A program made the position numbers and the translations under genes. The notes beneath the pieces were generated by a model, which saw only the letters and a list, made by a program, of their open reading frames with translations, had not been told where the DNA came from and searched no databases. A DNA stretch of 64,000 nucleotides from sequence record PQ464595.1; one strand, 5' to 3'. Shown here piece after piece: positions 8,908-19,403 of the stretch. Within the stretch, counting starts at the first letter, position 1. Every line of letters begins with the position of its first letter.

Positions 8908-9108
8908 TTAACGCCAGGAAATTTTAGCAACCGAGGCGATTGCTTCAACTTTCAGTACGACGAAATCTTTATCGGCATTCTCTTGTGCGAGACGAGCCGC
9001 TTCACCTTTAGCAACAGTCAGAGACATGTGCTCTTTAGGAGTAGCTGACGCAGAGAAACGTCCGTTATTTTTGTCGATACTAGCGACGATGTATTTTCCA
9101 GATTGCAT
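8908..9108 (-). CDS. Small hypothetical protein
   Basis: 66-aa ORF with a GAGG RBS. Confidence 0.7.
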   Translation of the reverse strand: MQSGKYIVASIDKNNGRFSASATPKEHMSLTVAKGEAARLAQENADKDFVVLKVEAIASVAKISWR

Positions 9109-9142
9109 TACTATATTACCTCTTTGTTATTGAATTTTGTTA

Positions 9143-9781
9143 TTAACGCAGGATGCCTAATTGACGCAGTTGAGCCAGGTCTTCTTCAGAAATACCAGCA
9201 GCTTTCAGTTGTTCAAGAACGTTAACTGATTTGCGAGTACCTTTAGCAGTTGGGGTTGTTGCGGTGGTTTCAGCGGTTTGAGAAGTTGGTGCTACCTGAA
9301 CTTCTTGAACTTCAATTACAGGATTCGCATTAACTTCTTCTACGTTTGCTGGTTCATCTGCTTCTTCATGAACGATGTTAGCAGTACCAGTATACGCAGC
9401 TTTGCGTTTAGCACGACGAGCTTCGTACTTAGCTTGTTCTTTTTCTTCACGAGCAGGAGCTTGTTCAGCACGATAAGCAGCGACACGAGCAGCTTCAGCT
9501 TCAATGTTAGTCTGACGACGAACAGATTCACCTTTAGGTACTACGTCAAAGCTATCGTACAGACCTGGGATGATAGTCACTTCACCAGTTTCAGTGTTAC
9601 GAACTACAGCATACAGCAGGTCGGCTTTGTCTACAGCACGGAGGTTCAACCCACCAACAGTACCAGACTCGTTCAGAACGGCCTGAGTGTATTCTACCAT
9701 AGACTCGTCATGAGTAATGGAGGTAACGTTGGTTGCTTTATAGGTAACGCCTTCGGTGTATACGAAATGTACAGTACTCAT
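9143..9781 (-). CDS. Hypothetical early protein
   Basis: Follows a near-consensus sigma70 promoter; host-like codons (CTG); Ala/Glu/Lys-rich helical middle. Confidence 0.75.
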   Translation of the reverse strand: MSTVHFVYTEGVTYKATNVTSITHDESMVEYTQAVLNESGTVGGLNLRAVDKADLLYAVVRNTETGEVTIIPGLYDSFDVVPKGESVRRQTNIEAEAARVAAYRAEQAPAREEKEQAKYEARRAKRKAAYTGTANIVHEEADEPANVEEVNANPVIEVQEVQVAPTSQTAETTATTPTAKGTRKSVNVLEQLKAAGISEEDLAQLRQLGILR

Positions 9782-9837
9782 TTTCTTTCCTTTTTGTGTT
9801 TAACTTAAAACATGAATCTTCCGAATTCATGTGGGCG

Positions 9838-9866
9838 ATTCTACAGCAAGATTTTCGGCCTGTCAA
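9838..9866 (-). promoter_or_regulatory. Sigma70-type early promoter
   Basis: TTGACA-17 bp-TAGAAT. Confidence 0.8.
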
Positions 9867-9877
9867 GGACAAAAACG

Positions 9878-9904
9878 AAAAAAGGACGAAATTACGTCCT
9901 TTTA
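9878..9904. terminator. Intrinsic bidirectional terminator
   Basis: AAAAAAGGACG-AAATTA-CGTCCTTTT. Confidence 0.7.
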
Positions 9905-10686
9905 ATGTTCCAATGGAATTCTGTTACTGGCACGAACTGTTCCGGCATCGGAGTTAGGTCATACATCGTTCCATTTCTAAATTTTAGTATATACGTTCCA
10001 CTGAGAATAGCAACTGCTTTTTGTAAAGATTGCATCGCTCTCTCTTTCCAGAAGTTTTCATACGGTTCAGGACAATCCAAATAATCATATCTGTACATTC
10101 CTAAACTTGCCTGTATCAACCTCTGTGGGGCTTCGGTACGTCCATCTACAAGACTAGCACCATGCTGTACGGAAGTCCAGCCTGGAATGCCTGGTAAAGA
10201 ACAAAATAAATCAAAATCACGAATACTTACACACATCTCTGAATCCACAATCTGATTGTGAATTACTGCTTCTTTAGCAGTCTTGTATAATTGGAAATCC
10301 ATATATACAGCTTTGTTATCCATGATGTGTTGTATTTCATCATATGTCGTCGGTACTGGTAGTTCAGGCATCATTTGTCCGAACACTTCCATACAGAAGA
10401 TTCTCCACAATCCGTTTGTAAAAGCTATCTCTGATTCATAAACTTCATCAATAAGAAATCTACCTCTACGGTACTTCTCATTGATGAATACTTTACGTGC
10501 TAGATACGCTTTTAGAACCATTTCAGTACTTACATCATCTCGATTAATATCATCGTAATTCTTTCCAATACGGTTAATTTCATAAGTCCTAACGTATAAA
10601 CGTTTGCTTAATCCTACATTACCGATTGAATGAATAGCTGTCCTTGTACTTTCGTGTAGTGCTATCAACATATTATAAATTTTCAT
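9892..10686 (-). CDS. Hypothetical protein
   Basis: 264-aa ORF coupled to the upstream gene. Confidence 0.7.
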   Translation of the reverse strand: MKIYNMLIALHESTRTAIHSIGNVGLSKRLYVRTYEINRIGKNYDDINRDDVSTEMVLKAYLARKVFINEKYRRGRFLIDEVYESEIAFTNGLWRIFCMEVFGQMMPELPVPTTYDEIQHIMDNKAVYMDFQLYKTAKEAVIHNQIVDSEMCVSIRDFDLFCSLPGIPGWTSVQHGASLVDGRTEAPQRLIQASLGMYRYDYLDCPEPYENFWKERAMQSLQKAVAILSGTYILKFRNGTMYDLTPMPEQFVPVTEFHWNIKRT

Positions 10687-11369
10687 TATCTTAGTACTAC
10701 GTATTTCCCGTTAATACCAACAATGTATTCATTGCCAGATCTTAGTACATCGTAGTTCTCACCTAGCACCGCACTCAAACGAGTACCGTCTAAAGTCATA
10801 TCTTCAGATAACAAATCTTTTACGTAATTTTCGTTAACAACGCCTGAACCTTTACTATAATGTAATTCTGTTCCGTAAACACTTTTAATCTTGATGCTCT
10901 CATTTACAATCTCAACATTAACTGCTGCGAAGTCAAAGAACTCTTTTAATTCTTCTTCTGAAACAAGTTCTATGTCATTTGTAATTTGATCAACATCTAA
11001 ATCAATTGGGTCATTAACACCGTACATCTGTAATTTCCAACCTGGATTTGGACAGATGTTTTCAATACTTTTCATTAGTTCAATGAGTTTAGCTGGAAAC
11101 TCACCATTGCGTTCAAATTCAACAAATACTTGATAGCGACCATCAACGTTAGGTGTTTCGGCTGCTTCAGTATCTACTACATCAATTGGTGAACGTTCAA
11201 TGAATGAACTTAAATCGTATGCGGCATCAAAGTTATCCAGTACTTGGAATAGTACAACAATATTCGATTCATCGATCTTTGGTGTATATTCATCTACGCT
11301 CATAATAGGGTAGATTAAATCTTTCAGTACTAGTGGTCTTAATGCTCGTTCGTAAATTCTCTTAGTCAT
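10686..11369 (-). CDS. Hypothetical protein
   Basis: 227-aa acidic ORF with TAATG coupling. Confidence 0.75.
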   Translation of the reverse strand: MTKRIYERALRPLVLKDLIYPIMSVDEYTPKIDESNIVVLFQVLDNFDAAYDLSSFIERSPIDVVDTEAAETPNVDGRYQVFVEFERNGEFPAKLIELMKSIENICPNPGWKLQMYGVNDPIDLDVDQITNDIELVSEEELKEFFDFAAVNVEIVNESIKIKSVYGTELHYSKGSGVVNENYVKDLLSEDMTLDGTRLSAVLGENYDVLRSGNEYIVGINGKYVVLR

Positions 11370-11938
11370 TACATTCCTCCTTGTGGATCGTCAAATTGAA
11401 TATCATCACCACCCGCGTTCGGGTCTTGTTGATCTTGCTGTTCTGGTTGTTGCTCAGGAGCAGCAGTTTGATCTTCATTTACAGTATTACTGTTGAAATC
11501 AGAAGCCATCAATTTGTATTCATCGAAACTTTCAGGGTTAACTAAACGGCGTGGAATCTGGAACTTAACTAATAGAATTGGTGTACGTTCATCTTTTGGA
11601 GTACTCAGGTTAGCTGCGTTACCGAGAATGCTTTGCATGTCATCGTTACTGCGTGGGTGCTCTATTGGGTGAACTTCCCAATCTGGTCGAACAAAAATCT
11701 TTGTTCCTTGTTTTTCGAATATCTTCGTAGCTACAGGATCTGGAAATGTGTCATGGCTGAATTTAAGAGTAATTTCAACCCAATACTTGGAGACGTTCGG
11801 CCCCTCAACAATTTCACCATTAATCCAGTTCTTATAAGCATACAAATCCATGTTATCAAAGTATTCTTCAACGCCAAGAAGAATATCTAATAAACCGTCT
11901 TGATCGTAAAGATTTTGAATTGCTTGTGAACTATCCAT
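11369..11938 (-). CDS. Hypothetical protein with a Q/D-rich disordered tail
   Basis: 189 aa; YKNWINGEIVEGP..SKYWV...PDP; coupled to the next gene. Confidence 0.75.
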   Translation of the reverse strand: MDSSQAIQNLYDQDGLLDILLGVEEYFDNMDLYAYKNWINGEIVEGPNVSKYWVEITLKFSHDTFPDPVATKIFEKQGTKIFVRPDWEVHPIEHPRSNDDMQSILGNAANLSTPKDERTPILLVKFQIPRRLVNPESFDEYKLMASDFNSNTVNEDQTAAPEQQPEQQDQQDPNAGGDDIQFDDPQGGM

Positions 11939-12016
11939 GTATATCTTTCCTTTAAGGTTACTTCTCGGTATGAGAATCGTAATAATATAACCTTATTTAC
12001 TAAACAGAAAAGGGGA

Positions 12017-12640
12017 TTACTCCCCTTTGATTGCTTCAGTAATATGGAAGAACATTTGACCCCAATCATTCACGTACTGATAACGTGGATCATCAACGCT
12101 GTCAGCATTGTGTGAACATTTCAGTACTAGAGTATCTAAACTCAGACTTTGTGCCACATCAATATTAGCCAGATGGTCATCTACAACAGTAACAATATCA
12201 TACTGTTCTTTCAGCTTAGCATAAGTACTGCGTTTCGATTGATAGTTCTCAAGGATAATAATATCATCGAAAATATCACCGAATACGTTAATCAGATTTA
12301 CCTTACGCAGTACTTCACCATGCCCGAACGTACCGCTTTTCGTAACTACGATAAACGCTACATCTGGATTTTCACGACGAAGTTCTTTCATTGCTGGTAC
12401 AGTGTGAATATCCATCGGTTCAAGTAGACCGAATTCAGTACTGTAGAAGTTAAAGTTCTTTAATAGATCCATAACCTGTTCACCATCACACTGTAACCAA
12501 TCCTGAAGATTGTATTGCATTGGTTCACCAACAGTTTCAATATCATAGTACTTTTCGACGTACTTTTTAAAGCCGCCTAGATGATTCAGTAGAATCTCGT
12601 CACAATCTAAGATGACTGCTTTCTTTTTCTGGTTTGACAT
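12017..12640 (-). CDS. HAD-superfamily 5'(3')-deoxyribonucleotidase-like phosphatase
   Basis: Motif I VILDCDEIL, motif II VVTKS, motif IV VVDDHLAN. Confidence 0.8.
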   Translation of the reverse strand: MSNQKKKAVILDCDEILLNHLGGFKKYVEKYYDIETVGEPMQYNLQDWLQCDGEQVMDLLKNFNFYSTEFGLLEPMDIHTVPAMKELRRENPDVAFIVVTKSGTFGHGEVLRKVNLINVFGDIFDDIIILENYQSKRSTYAKLKEQYDIVTVVDDHLANIDVAQSLSLDTLVLKCSHNADSVDDPRYQYVNDWGQMFFHITEAIKGE

Positions 12641-12651
12641 TATCTTGTCCT

Positions 12652-13605
12652 TTACATTTGGTCGTTACAGATCAAATCCACTTCACATAGTAATGCTGAT
12701 AGGTTCATCTCGCGGTCAGAAACGGAAGCCTGTTTAACAACAGCATCACGAATCTTCACTTTGATCTTCATTTCTTTGATTTCATCAGTAGTGAACATAT
12801 CTACGTTACGGTACAAGAACGAGAAGAAACCATCAATTTCATCTTCTGGAATGTTCTGTACGATTTGCTCACGCATCTGACGAATGTTTCCAGCTTCAAG
12901 AGCATCAATGATAGCCGCACGATAACTCGCAGTACTATCAATGGAATCTTCAAGCTTAACTAGTTTACCTTTTACTACGGAGCTTTGCAACGTGTTTAAG
13001 GTTTTACGGAAATCAGGGAATGTACATTTAATGTACTTATTCACCAAATCAAGACTTTCTTCTGAATCCAGTTCTACACCTTCAGCCAGCAGAATTTCAA
13101 TAATACGAGTGGTGAAATCATCCTGATCATGTTTCTCGATTACAATACTTTGTACACGAGATAAAATCGGTTTAAGGATTTTGTGTTGTTCATTTGATGT
13201 TAGAATAAAACGAGCATTCTCGTGATAATCTTCCATAATACGTTTTAGTGAACCCTGAGCTTTCTGACCCATTTGTTCCATTTCTTCTAGTACGAAGATA
13301 CGATAATCACCAAAAGCACTTAGTCGGGCAGCAGCATCAATCTTTTCACGTACTGCGTCCATACCTTCATCGGACATATTAAGAATCGTCACGTCTGAAG
13401 GGTCAACGAATCCATTCTCTACTAGACCATTAATTAGTACTTTAATAGCTGTAGTTTTACCAGTACCTGCTGGACCAAAGAATCCAATATGTGGAATTTC
13501 ACCAGTTTCGATCCACTCTAACATTTTCTGCTTGAATGCTGGATTCTTAAACACATATTCGTCAACGGTTCCTGGGCGATACTTTTCTGTCCATAGAGTG
13601 GTCAT
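12652..13605 (-). CDS. gp44: Sliding-clamp loader AAA+ subunit (T4 gp44/RFC-like)
   Basis: WTEKYRP, Walker A GPAGTGKT, VLEEMEQM, ILSRV (SRC-like), PDFRK. Confidence 0.92.
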   Translation of the reverse strand: MTTLWTEKYRPGTVDEYVFKNPAFKQKMLEWIETGEIPHIGFFGPAGTGKTTAIKVLINGLVENGFVDPSDVTILNMSDEGMDAVREKIDAAARLSAFGDYRIFVLEEMEQMGQKAQGSLKRIMEDYHENARFILTSNEQHKILKPILSRVQSIVIEKHDQDDFTTRIIEILLAEGVELDSEESLDLVNKYIKCTFPDFRKTLNTLQSSVVKGKLVKLEDSIDSTASYRAAIIDALEAGNIRQMREQIVQNIPEDEIDGFFSFLYRNVDMFTTDEIKEMKIKVKIRDAVVKQASVSDREMNLSALLCEVDLICNDQM

Positions 13606-13607
13606 GC

Positions 13608-13904
13608 TTATTCCTTTTTAGTATTGTCTTCATTTATCCATTCTGGATAAAGTAATGCTGTAAATATTTCTTCTGTCATTTCTAATTGGTCTAACAGGTA
13701 ATCCAACGAGTTAGATTGGTTCGGATATTCAGTACCGAGTCTTCTTGCTTCTGAGGCTGTAACCAACATGAACTTAAATTGATCTGCGTCTACTGTGTAA
13801 ACTCTACCTTTGCTTTTTGGCGTCTGGAAATACAATTTACCAGAAGGGTTAGTACTCACCAGTTCAACATCATAGAAATTAAATTTTCCGTTTTCTACAC
13901 TCAT
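13608..13904 (-). CDS. Hypothetical protein
   Basis: 98-aa ORF in the operon. Confidence 0.65.
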   Translation of the reverse strand: MSVENGKFNFYDVELVSTNPSGKLYFQTPKSKGRVYTVDADQFKFMLVTASEARRLGTEYPNQSNSLDYLLDQLEMTEEIFTALLYPEWINEDNTKKE

Positions 13905-13947
13905 AAAATTCCGACAAAAAGAAAGCCCTGACTAAGCAGGGCATAAA

Positions 13948-14268
13948 TTAGTATCCTAGACCTAAGAAGTCTGGACGTTCATCAGCAGCAGCGATAACGC
14001 CTTTCGGATAATCAACTAAATTGAGTGATACATCGTCGATAGTAATTGTTCTACTCCAGCGACCATGAGCCACCAAAATCCAATCACCAGGTTTCAATTC
14101 TGTAACATCTTCACCAACGGAATATACCTTAGCCCATCGACTATGTACACCACGTACAGTACCGTCATCATCGCGAAGGACAATACCGGATTTTAATTTT
14201 TGTTCACCTGTATCTAAATCTGATACAAGGACTTTGCCTTTACAAGCTGTAAGTACTTTCGACTCCAT
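13948..14268 (-). CDS. groES: GroES/Cpn10-like co-chaperonin
   Basis: Start moved to MESKVL (14268). GKVLV...EQKLKSGIVL...VYSVG...LKPGDWILV is the GroES pattern. Confidence 0.8.
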   Translation of the reverse strand: MESKVLTACKGKVLVSDLDTGEQKLKSGIVLRDDDGTVRGVHSRWAKVYSVGEDVTELKPGDWILVAHGRWSRTITIDDVSLNLVDYPKGVIAAADERPDFLGLGY

Positions 14269-14278
14269 TTGAATATCC

Positions 14279-14638
14279 TTATTCTTGTTCAGCAGTGTCA
14301 TCTTTAGTTTTCGCACGTTTAACTGGTGCTTTCTTTTCTTCGATTGGTTCTTGTGGTTCAATCTCGAATTGAGCATCATCAAAACCTGTATCTGCGAAGT
14401 CAAAAGTATCAGGAGCCTGTGAATGGCTTTGATGCTCTGGACTAATATCAGGTTTCTGTAGTTCACGTTCACGTTCAGCTAATAGATCTTCACGCTTCTT
14501 AATAACCGTGCCGCCACGACCGATAATATCACCACGTGCGTTCATATTGGCATTACCAATAGCCACACTGTGTTGATGCTGGAACTTCAGCATTTCCATA
14601 TCGATCTTCTGACCGCGATAGCTGGTGTGTTTCTTCAT
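14279..14638 (-). CDS. Hypothetical protein
   Basis: 119 aa; AIGNANMNARGDIIGRGG; follows an extended -10 promoter at 14664-14693. Confidence 0.75.
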   Translation of the reverse strand: MKKHTSYRGQKIDMEMLKFQHQHSVAIGNANMNARGDIIGRGGTVIKKREDLLAERERELQKPDISPEHQSHSQAPDTFDFADTGFDDAQFEIEPQEPIEEKKAPVKRAKTKDDTAEQE

Positions 14639-14681
14639 AAAAATCCCTTTTCATTGTAGGTAGATTATACCATAAATTTTG

Positions 14682-15200
14682 TTACCATTTCAAAAATTCG
14701 TTAACGTCTAAGTCGTATTTAATAGAATCCACCATGTGGAGTTCTATCAGAAACAGACAATAGCTGCTTACAGAACTTCCACGACCTAAACCCCAAAAGA
14801 TATTATGTTCTTTAAGGTAATCTACGAGCCATATCATACAGCGTAGTAGTTTAGTCATGTTATAGCTTTCGTATAAACTTAACTCATACCGTACTCGTTC
14901 ACGTTGAACATCAGTATCGCATAAGTTCAGAAAATAGTCTTCTAGATTGATTTTGTCATAAGCTGGATCATAACGCCATAGTTCATGATTCTTATCATGT
15001 TCTATATTGTAATCAAGCATACGTTCTTCTAATCCGAACTTACGACAGTTATCGTTGAACTTCAATCGTTCAGCTTCATCTTGTTCATTGAGTTGGATAT
15101 AGGTTATATCTGCCCCGCAGTTGATAGCATACACAACTGCGTTCAGATCTAAGCGAACGTCACCATCCTCGCTTATAGTTCGATTTCCTTGTACTTTCAT
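14682..15200 (-). CDS. DNA polymerase III alpha (DnaE)-like, N-terminal fragment
   Basis: R..YEL..Y...LRCMIWLVDYLKEHNIFWGLGRGSSVSSYCLFLIELHMVDSIKYDL corresponds to the DnaE GPGRGSGAGSLVAY.L.IT.LDP...DL motif; the ORF ends immediately after it. Confidence 0.8.
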   Translation of the reverse strand: MKVQGNRTISEDGDVRLDLNAVVYAINCGADITYIQLNEQDEAERLKFNDNCRKFGLEERMLDYNIEHDKNHELWRYDPAYDKINLEDYFLNLCDTDVQRERVRYELSLYESYNMTKLLRCMIWLVDYLKEHNIFWGLGRGSSVSSYCLFLIELHMVDSIKYDLDVNEFLKW

Positions 15201-15471
15201 TCTTCTTGTCTTCAGTTCCAGTGTTAATATAACTGTCCGAATCAAATACAGTTTTGTTGTCTGCTTCTTTCTGTTCAGCTTCTAAGTCAGCTCTCGCTTG
15301 ACGTGTTCGAAGTTCTTCTTCACATGAGCGAATAACAGAGAACATTTGCTGTATAACTTCATATTGTACACCAGCAACCCGTGCTGATGAAATACGCATT
15401 GAGACTTCATTGATTTTATCATAAAGCTCTTGATTACTTAAAGATGAAGAATCAAAAAATGGATGGAACAT
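15160..15471 (-). CDS. Hypothetical coiled-coil protein
   Basis: MFHPFFD..., about 103 aa, overlaps the DnaE fragment start. Confidence 0.7.
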   Translation of the reverse strand: MFHPFFDSSSLSNQELYDKINEVSMRISSARVAGVQYEVIQQMFSVIRSCEEELRTRQARADLEAEQKEADNKTVFDSDSYINTGTEDKKNESTRKSNYKRGW

Positions 15472-15482
15472 ACACATCCCCC

Positions 15483-17852
15483 TTATTGAAATAGATTTGG
15501 CACTTTTAAAGTTGCCGTAAAGTTTTCACGCTCATAGCGAGCATTGTCTTGTACGAAGTAGCTGAATTCTACACCTGAAACTTCGAATTCATAATTCAAC
15601 AACGCACCATGTTCATTATTCTGAATTAGTGTATTGAAGAATGTTTCACCCTGTCCAGGTTGTAAGTACGCGACTACAATTGCTGGGAAATATTCTGCTT
15701 GAATATTATCTTCTACATAAGGATGGTTCATGAAGCGAGGTACAGTATCAATCATCTCGTCGGATAAACCACCGATAGCATCTACTACGATTCCACGGTT
15801 ATTTAGATCCGTTGGGTCAGTTAACAAGTTTACAGTATCTTCACCTACAACGAGGTACACATTCTGACGTAATCCGAAGATTTCAGAAATGATTGAATTA
15901 CTATAATCCGTGTAAACAAGTGGGTTCAAACTAAGGCTTACTTGAGTTCCTTCAGGGTGTACTTCTCTGTACAGTACATCATACAGTACGTTTCCTGCGT
16001 TGTCAAGGGCAGAACGAACCTTATAGTTACCAAGTACTAAACGGAATGAACCATCAGGAGTCGGAGCACCACTGGTTGTGTTAACAATGCCATTACGAAT
16101 GTTAGTAACAGTCTGTTTAATACCAGGCCAGTTCTTAGTTGTATCAACGTAATTCTCTTTCAAAAGAATACGAGGAACTTTACGAACACCGAAGCGTGGG
16201 TCAGACGCACGATAGTACTGAGCTTGACTGAACGCTGTAGTACTGATGGTATTGAACCAAGTACGTTCCATAGTTAATGAGGGTTGAATATCAGCACTGA
16301 TAAAGTTCTGACCGAATCCACGTACAATAGTGATATTGAAACGTTGTGTCAATGATTTACCATTCTTTCCTGTCGCAGTTACATCGAATTCTAACTTAAT
16401 GTCATCGTTCGCTGAGAAATCTGAACTTAAAGCATATGCTGTACCAATCATAAGACCATCAGCACTTAAATCTAAACCGTACTTACGAATATCATTCGGA
16501 GAAGTACTTTCATTTATTTCATAAGTTACAAGGTCTGAACCGCTGGCAACAATCTTAGGATAAACTGTATGTCCGAAATATTCACCAACATGGATTGTAC
16601 CTAAGTTAGCGTCAGTTTCAAATGACAAATCAGTACCGGTATTGTCGTTTAGAATAATGCGGAAGATTCGAGTATTGTTGATAATACCTGAACCTAGAGA
16701 TTCATTATAGATACCTAAATCGTACCATTTATTCGGATCATAAGAAATTACTGTATTACCTTCAAAGGTTTCTTCAGAAACTACATACGGATATGTTGTT
16801 GTATCTCTTAGTTGATATAAATGTGTACTAATAGGTTCTTCATGGAAGTCAGAAGTATCTGTTGGAGCAATCCAAGTTTGATAAGCACGGAAACGTTTAC
16901 CAACAAAGTAAGCATCAGCTTCAGTACTGTAATAACGTTTAACAGAAACTACTCGAATTTTGATATAAGCATCAATTGGGTCGGAATCATACAGCATAGT
17001 TTGAAGAATCTGACCGTTGTTTCCGTTGAATTTTAATCCAGTACTAACAAGGTTTCCTGTACTGTCTTTAACAAGTAGAGGAATTTCTTCAATTAAGCCA
17101 CCGCTCAAATCTGGTACTAGAATTGTTCCTGAGCCAGTAATATTTGTGCTTGGTTTTTCAGAATCAAGAATAGTCAGTACTTCATACGCTGGCATGAATA
17201 CGTTAGTATTACCACCGATGGTTTGACTTTTTCCGAATGCTTGAACGAAAAGGCGACTTTCAGCACCATAACCTACACCACCTATAGTGTACAGGTTAGA
17301 GCCATGTGTTGTCAACCCAGGAGTTAACCAAATTTCGTTTGTGGTGTTATAATTCAAAGTACTTGAAGTTGTTCCGAGAACACCGCTCGGTAGCGTATTT
17401 GCTATTTGACCATCCAACAACGTAATAACGTTGATGCTGTCAATATTAAATGTTAATGATTCTGGTCCATCCCAAATTCCATCTTGTGGACATTCTATCT
17501 TAAAGTAATAAGCATCAATGTAAGATACAGTACTTAAATCATATGAAGTAGTATTGAATTTTACAATGTGTGTACCTTGAGTAGAGGTTGAACCAGTTCC
17601 TGCGTTGCCAATTGGAACTAATGAAGAAGTACTTTCACCTACAGTAACTATAAAATCGCGTTCTTCTAAAGTCTCACCTGCCCCTACAACGTTATAGGTA
17701 AATTCCAAGTACTGGTCATTTTCTAAAACATATGTATCATTGGGTGAAGTTGATTGACTTTTTTTCAAACGTAATCTAAAATACGTGGTTTGTCCTTCTT
17801 GTATTGTATTGGTGTCAGCGATCAAATCCCATTGGGGTTCGAAGTTTGCCAT
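15483..17852 (-). CDS. Large virion structural protein (possibly baseplate)
   Basis: Beta-rich Thr/Gly/Asn composition; ATAAATA late element at 17885-17891; start moved to MANF (GGAG RBS). The function is inferred only. Confidence 0.5.
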   Translation of the reverse strand: MANFEPQWDLIADTNTIQEGQTTYFRLRLKKSQSTSPNDTYVLENDQYLEFTYNVVGAGETLEERDFIVTVGESTSSLVPIGNAGTGSTSTQGTHIVKFNTTSYDLSTVSYIDAYYFKIECPQDGIWDGPESLTFNIDSINVITLLDGQIANTLPSGVLGTTSSTLNYNTTNEIWLTPGLTTHGSNLYTIGGVGYGAESRLFVQAFGKSQTIGGNTNVFMPAYEVLTILDSEKPSTNITGSGTILVPDLSGGLIEEIPLLVKDSTGNLVSTGLKFNGNNGQILQTMLYDSDPIDAYIKIRVVSVKRYYSTEADAYFVGKRFRAYQTWIAPTDTSDFHEEPISTHLYQLRDTTTYPYVVSEETFEGNTVISYDPNKWYDLGIYNESLGSGIINNTRIFRIILNDNTGTDLSFETDANLGTIHVGEYFGHTVYPKIVASGSDLVTYEINESTSPNDIRKYGLDLSADGLMIGTAYALSSDFSANDDIKLEFDVTATGKNGKSLTQRFNITIVRGFGQNFISADIQPSLTMERTWFNTISTTAFSQAQYYRASDPRFGVRKVPRILLKENYVDTTKNWPGIKQTVTNIRNGIVNTTSGAPTPDGSFRLVLGNYKVRSALDNAGNVLYDVLYREVHPEGTQVSLSLNPLVYTDYSNSIISEIFGLRQNVYLVVGEDTVNLLTDPTDLNNRGIVVDAIGGLSDEMIDTVPRFMNHPYVEDNIQAEYFPAIVVAYLQPGQGETFFNTLIQNNEHGALLNYEFEVSGVEFSYFVQDNARYERENFTATLKVPNLFQ

Positions 17853-17910
17853 ATCTAATCTCCAAAACATAAAAAGCTTTGTCGTATTTATTCAATGGCA
17901 TTAATTAAAA

Positions 17911-17934
17911 ATAAAGGACGCCGAAGCGTCCTTA
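17911..17934. terminator. Intrinsic terminator
   Basis: AAAGGACGC-CGAA-GCGTCCTT. Confidence 0.7.
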
Positions 17935-17938
17935 GAAA

Positions 17939-19354
17939 TTATTCAGTATCATCTTTATAGACGATATTCATGTTACGAAGTTCTATGAGTTCTTCTTCAT
18001 AGATTTTCCAAATCTTATCGTGGTTCTGTAGCAAATCACTGTATTCATCCATCTTCGCTAAAGCATCTTCAATTTCTTGATTTACCTTAACGTAGTTTTC
18101 TTTAGTCCAACGATACGCCGCGAAGTTCACGATGTTTTGAATGTTATCATCTGAGGCTTCGATTTCGCCATTCAGAGATGTTACGAAGTCAACAACTTCA
18201 GCACGGTTCTCAAATTCTTTGATCTTTACAGTCATGTCATTATCGAAACATTCTTTAACCAGAATCTTGTAACGCACTTCTGCGTCAGCATCTGCTAGAA
18301 GTTTTTCGTAACGCTTGATGTAGTACTTGAATCGGAACTGAACGAAGTCCTGGATTATTTCCTGAACGTTGCTGTAACTTTTTACTTTTCCGTTTTCACC
18401 TAAAACATTGAGGGTATGTGCCAATTTTGTTGAAATGTCAAAATACTGAAGCACATCCATTTCTGACCATGAAGCCGAAAGACCACGTGGTAGTTTTATG
18501 GTAATGTCAACCTTACCTGAACTGTTATCATCGTAACTACGGATTTTACCTGAATCTTCCATTGCGATCAAGTCCTCAACGAACTTTTCCAGTTTCATAC
18601 GTGGAGCTAGACCAGTAATACGAACAGTACTTGCGTCAATTACTTCTGCTTTTCCGAAGAAAGTATACTTACCTTCGCCACGGTCTTCAACATAATCGTT
18701 CGCACCATAACTTGCGTAGTACGGCATCATTTCTAAAAGTTCTTCACCACGGATAGCACGGAGAGTGTTCTCGATGATTTCGTTCATACGATATGGGAAG
18801 ATAAAACTTTTATACGCTGTAGCAGTACCATCAACACCAAGTAGTGCTAGTGGAACAATTGGTAGGAAGAACTTAGGTTCCATTGTCGTACCGTCATAAT
18901 TTTCTTGCATCGGTACAACATCCATATCACGAAGTACTAAAGCTTCAGTGAGTTTGGTTTTCTTCACGTATGTATAACGTGGGCTTGCTGGTTCAGGATT
19001 AACCTGTGTACCGAAACCACCACGCTTACCGATAAGTGGATAGTTGTTCACAACTGGACTTGCTAGGTTCTGTAGTGTACCACTAGCAGAAGCATCACCA
19101 TGAAGGTAGATACCGTCACTAATCATACGACCAGCACAAGATACAGTTTTGATTTCACCACTTACTTTACTCAGTGTGAAGATAGCTTTACGCTGTGAGT
19201 TTTTGAAACCATCAATCCCAGGTAGAGCACGATCAAATGTACTCAAAGCATATTCTAGGGATGATTGGTTGATATAGTCTGAGCTACCATAGCCTAACAG
19301 AGTTAGAGCATTAGGTACAATCTCAGCTTGGGTTTTCTTTGTTGATTTACGCAT
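17939..19354 (-). CDS. gp52: Type II DNA topoisomerase, GyrA/ParC-like breakage-reunion subunit (T4 gp52-like)
   Basis: RALPGIDGFKNSQRK, YLHGDAS, catalytic ASPRYT; no C-terminal beta-pinwheel. Confidence 0.93.
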   Translation of the reverse strand: MRKSTKKTQAEIVPNALTLLGYGSSDYINQSSLEYALSTFDRALPGIDGFKNSQRKAIFTLSKVSGEIKTVSCAGRMISDGIYLHGDASASGTLQNLASPVVNNYPLIGKRGGFGTQVNPEPASPRYTYVKKTKLTEALVLRDMDVVPMQENYDGTTMEPKFFLPIVPLALLGVDGTATAYKSFIFPYRMNEIIENTLRAIRGEELLEMMPYYASYGANDYVEDRGEGKYTFFGKAEVIDASTVRITGLAPRMKLEKFVEDLIAMEDSGKIRSYDDNSSGKVDITIKLPRGLSASWSEMDVLQYFDISTKLAHTLNVLGENGKVKSYSNVQEIIQDFVQFRFKYYIKRYEKLLADADAEVRYKILVKECFDNDMTVKIKEFENRAEVVDFVTSLNGEIEASDDNIQNIVNFAAYRWTKENYVKVNQEIEDALAKMDEYSDLLQNHDKIWKIYEEELIELRNMNIVYKDDTE

Positions 19355-19403
19355 TTCCTTTGCCTCTTTGCTAATACGGGGAACTCCTGTTCCCCACTAA
19401 TAA

